From: an uncultured Phycisphaerales bacterium
GTDB taxonomy: Bacteria > Planctomycetota > Phycisphaerae > Tepidisphaerales > Tepidisphaeraceae
Reading direction: 5' to 3'
NCBI GenBank assembly: GCA_963758525.1
Contig: CAVWVQ010000001.1
Location: 192,001-256,000 of the forward strand
Length of the DNA stretch: 64,000 bases
The position numbers and the translations under genes were made by a program. The notes under the pieces were generated by a model, which saw only the letters and a program-made list of their open reading frames with translations, was not told the origin of the DNA and did not search any database. Of this stretch, positions 61,476 through 64,000 are shown piece after piece; position 1 is the stretch's first letter; each line of letters opens with the position of its first letter.

Positions 61476-64000
61476 TCAGACTCCCTGCGGAACCGTTTCG
61501 CGCGACGTGATGGTGACGACTGGGGCCGGCTCCTCTCGAATCACCCGCGTTACCGGCATTGCCTCGGGCACTGCCGGGGGTTCGGCCAGGTGCTTGATCT
61601 TCAGGTTCAGGTGGGGATTGAACGCCGTACCGGCCGGGATCAGATGGCCGAGAATGACGTTCTCCTTGAGGCCCACGAGAGTATCGATCGCGCCCGCAAG
61701 GGCCGCCTCGGTGAGGACCTTGGTGGTCTCCTGGAAGCTGGCGGCAGAGATGAACGACTCACTCTGCAGCGAGGCCTTGGTGATGCCCAGCAGCAGCGTC
61801 TTGCCGCGGGCCGGCTTGGGACGCTTGCCCTTGGCGTGATCCTTGCCGGCCACTTCGGCGGCGTCGTTGGCTTCCTTGAGCTCGACCTTGGTGACGACGT
61901 CCCCTTCCTTGTAGGAAGTGCCGCCCGGCTCGCTGACCTTGAGGCTCTGGGCCACCAGATCGTTGCCGGCGCGGAAACGGAATTTGTCGAGCACTTCGCC
62001 CGGCAGGAACTTGGTGTCGCCGGCGTCCTCGACCTTCACCTTGCGGAGCATCTGATTGAGGATGATCTCAATGTGCTTGTCGTTGATCTTCACGCCTTGC
62101 GAGCGGTAGACGTTCTGCACTTCCGTCAGCAGGTATTGATAGAGGGCTTCCTCGCCCTTGATGCGAAGAATGTCGTGCGGAATGATCGGCCCGCGGATGA
62201 GCGGATCGCCGGCCTCGACGTAGTCGCCGGCGTGAACCTGCAATTCCTTGTCCTGGGGGACATGGTGCTCTTTCTCCATGCCGGACTCGTTCTTGATGTT
62301 GATGGTCATCTTGCCGCGCCGCTTGTCGCTGCGCAGTTCGATGGTTCCGGAAATTTCCGCGAGCACGGCCGGGTCTTTCGGCTTGCGCGCCTCGAAGATT
62401 TCCGTGACACGGGGGAGACCGCCGGTGATGTCCATCGTACCGGCCGCTTCGCGCGGCTGGCGTGCCAGCATCTGCCCGGCGTCAATCTTCTGGCCGTTGA
62501 GCACTTCGATACGGGCCTTGGCGGGCAGATAGTGGAAGTCCAAAATCTTGCCGTCCGCGCCTTCGATGGTGATGCGCGGATGACGCTCGCCCTTGTGCTC
62601 GATGACAACGAGCTTGGCCTCGGCGCCGCCGCCGCCCTTGCGCTCTTCCTCGGTCCGGACGGTTTCGCCCTCTTCGATATCCTCGTAGCGGACGATACCA
62701 GCCTTCTCGGCAAGAATCGGAGTGATGTGCGGATCCCAGACCACCAGTTGCTGGCGCGGCTTCACCTTTTCGCCGTCGGCGACGAGGATGGTTGAGCCGT
62801 ACGGAACCTTGTACTTCTCGAGCTCGCGGCCCTTCTGATCGGCGATGACAAGCTCGCCGTTACGCTTGAGGGCGGTGAGGCGTTTGTTGCCCTCGGCGTC
62901 GGTGACCTGCACGGCGTTGATGTCGCGATGCTGGACAACACCGCCGGCAGCGGCCTTGATGTCGTTCTCGATGAGGCTTCCGGTGGCGACGCCGCCGGTG
63001 TGGAAGGTACGCATGGTGAGCTGCGTTCCAGGCTCGCCGATGGACTGGGCGGCGATAATTCCGACGGCAAGGCCTTCCTCGACGACCTGGTTGGTGCTCA
63101 TGTCCACGCCGTAGCAGCGGGCGCAGATGCCGCGGGTGCTCTCGCAGGCCAGCGGCGAACGCACGCGGATGCTCTCGAGCTTGAGCTCCTTGAGCTTGTC
63201 CGCGATGTCGTTGGTGATCATCTGATTTTCAAAGACGATCGTTTCGTCGGTGATCGGATTGCGGATCGTGTCGCGGGCGGTTCGGCCCACGATCATGTCC
63301 TTCAATTCGACTTCGACGGTTTCGCCCTTGTAGATGGTCGTCTTCGACACGCCGTTGAGCGTGCCGCATTCGAGCTGCGTGATGATGACGTTTTGCGCCA
63401 CATCCGCGAGCTTGCGGGTGAGGTACCCCGAGTCGGCGGTCTTGAGAGCGGTGTCGGCCAATCCCTTGCGGGCGCCATGCGTGCTGGAGAAGTACTCGAG
63501 CACGGACAGGCCCTCACGGAAGTTGGCCTTGATGGGCGTTTCGATGATTTCGCCCGACGGCTTGGCCATCAGACCGCGCATTCCGCCGAGCTGACGAATC
63601 TGGTCGACGTTACCGCGGGCGCCGGAGACGGCCATCATCGCAATCGGGTTGAGATACTTGAGCGTGCCACCGGCCTTGGGGGCCACGGCACGGCCGTCGG
63701 CGTCGCGATAGTCGTTCTGCAGACCAGCCATGAGGTCTTCGGTGACCTGCTTGCGGGCGTGGCCCCAGACGTCGATCAGCGCGGCATACCGCTCCTGATC
63801 GGTGATGGCGCCCTGACGGTATTGCTTCTCGATGCGGTCGGCCTTGGCCTGACCTTCGTCGAGAATCCGCTGCTTGCTGTCGGGCGAGCGGATGTCGGTG
63901 ATGCCGAAGCTCAGACCCGCCAGCGTCGAACGTTTGAAGCCCAGCGATTTCATGTCATCCAGCAGCTTGATCGTCGCGGGACGGCCGAGCAGCGCGTAGG
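61476..64000 (-). CDS. rpoC: RNA polymerase beta' subunit, C-terminal part (5' end outside the window)
   Basis: [64 protein letters not shown]. Confidence 0.98.
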   Translation of the reverse strand, partial: YALLGRPATIKLLDDMKSLGFKRSTLAGLSFGITDIRSPDSKQRILDEGQAKADRIEKQYRQGAITDQERYAALIDVWGHARKQVTEDLMAGLQNDYRDADGRAVAPKAGGTLKYLNPIAMMAVSGARGNVDQIRQLGGMRGLMAKPSGEIIETPIKANFREGLSVLEYFSSTHGARKGLADTALKTADSGYLTRKLADVAQNVIITQLECGTLNGVSKTTIYKGETVEVELKDMIVGRTARDTIRNPITDETIVFENQMITNDIADKLKELKLESIRVRSPLACESTRGICARCYGVDMSTNQVVEEGLAVGIIAAQSIGEPGTQLTMRTFHTGGVATGSLIENDIKAAAGGVVQHRDINAVQVTDAEGNKRLTALKRNGELVIADQKGRELEKYKVPYGSTILVADGEKVKPRQQLVVWDPHITPILAEKAGIVRYEDIEEGETVRTEEERKGGGGAEAKLVVIEHKGERHPRITIEGADGKILDFHYLPAKARIEVLNGQKIDAGQMLARQPREAAGTMDITGGLPRVTEIFEARKPKDPAVLAEISGTIELRSDKRRGKMTINIKNESGMEKEHHVPQDKELQVHAGDYVEAGDPLIRGPIIPHDILRIKGEEALYQYLLTEVQNVYRSQGVKINDKHIEIILNQMLRKVKVEDAGDTKFLPGEVLDKFRFRAGNDLVAQSLKVSEPGGTSYKEGDVVTKVELKEANDAAEVAGKDHAKGKRPKPARGKTLLLGITKASLQSESFISAASFQETTKVLTEAALAGAIDTLVGLKENVILGHLIPAGTAFNPHLNLKIKHLAEPPAVPEAMPVTRVIREEPAPVVTITSRETVPQGV

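Overview
High-GC bacterial chromosome window. Host is inferred to be a planctomycete (HYExAFE-family gene, L34 variant). Many conserved genes carry single-base frameshifts (glyQS, rsmD, pspA), so the assembly probably has indel errors. Housekeeping genes (rpmH, kdsD, rsmD, bioB, glyQS, rpsT, def, fmt, 3' part of rpoC) surround two accessory regions. (1) 5954-20865 is a tandem integron: intI-attI-array 1, then a RAYT-type transposase element, then truncated intI-attI-array 2, about 15 cassettes in total. A group II intron with an AGC catalytic triad sits 6 nt inside an ORF-less cassette, present as two complete copies and one truncated copy. (2) 38855-50611 is an ~11.7 kb filamentous (inovirus-like) prophage between two dif-like Xer sites. 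It encodes Rep_trans, a pV-like ssDNA-binding protein, coat proteins, Zot/pI and a pIV secretin. Most notably, the prophage has second copies of two of its coat modules fused to passenger domains: a secreted beta-helix protein ending in a minor-coat module, and a Gly/Ser-linked protein with a major-coat-like module. This resembles natural phage display. Also present are a VWA/solute-binding/PspA/AAA+ operon and two divergent BrnT/RHH-type toxin-antitoxin pairs next to dif.
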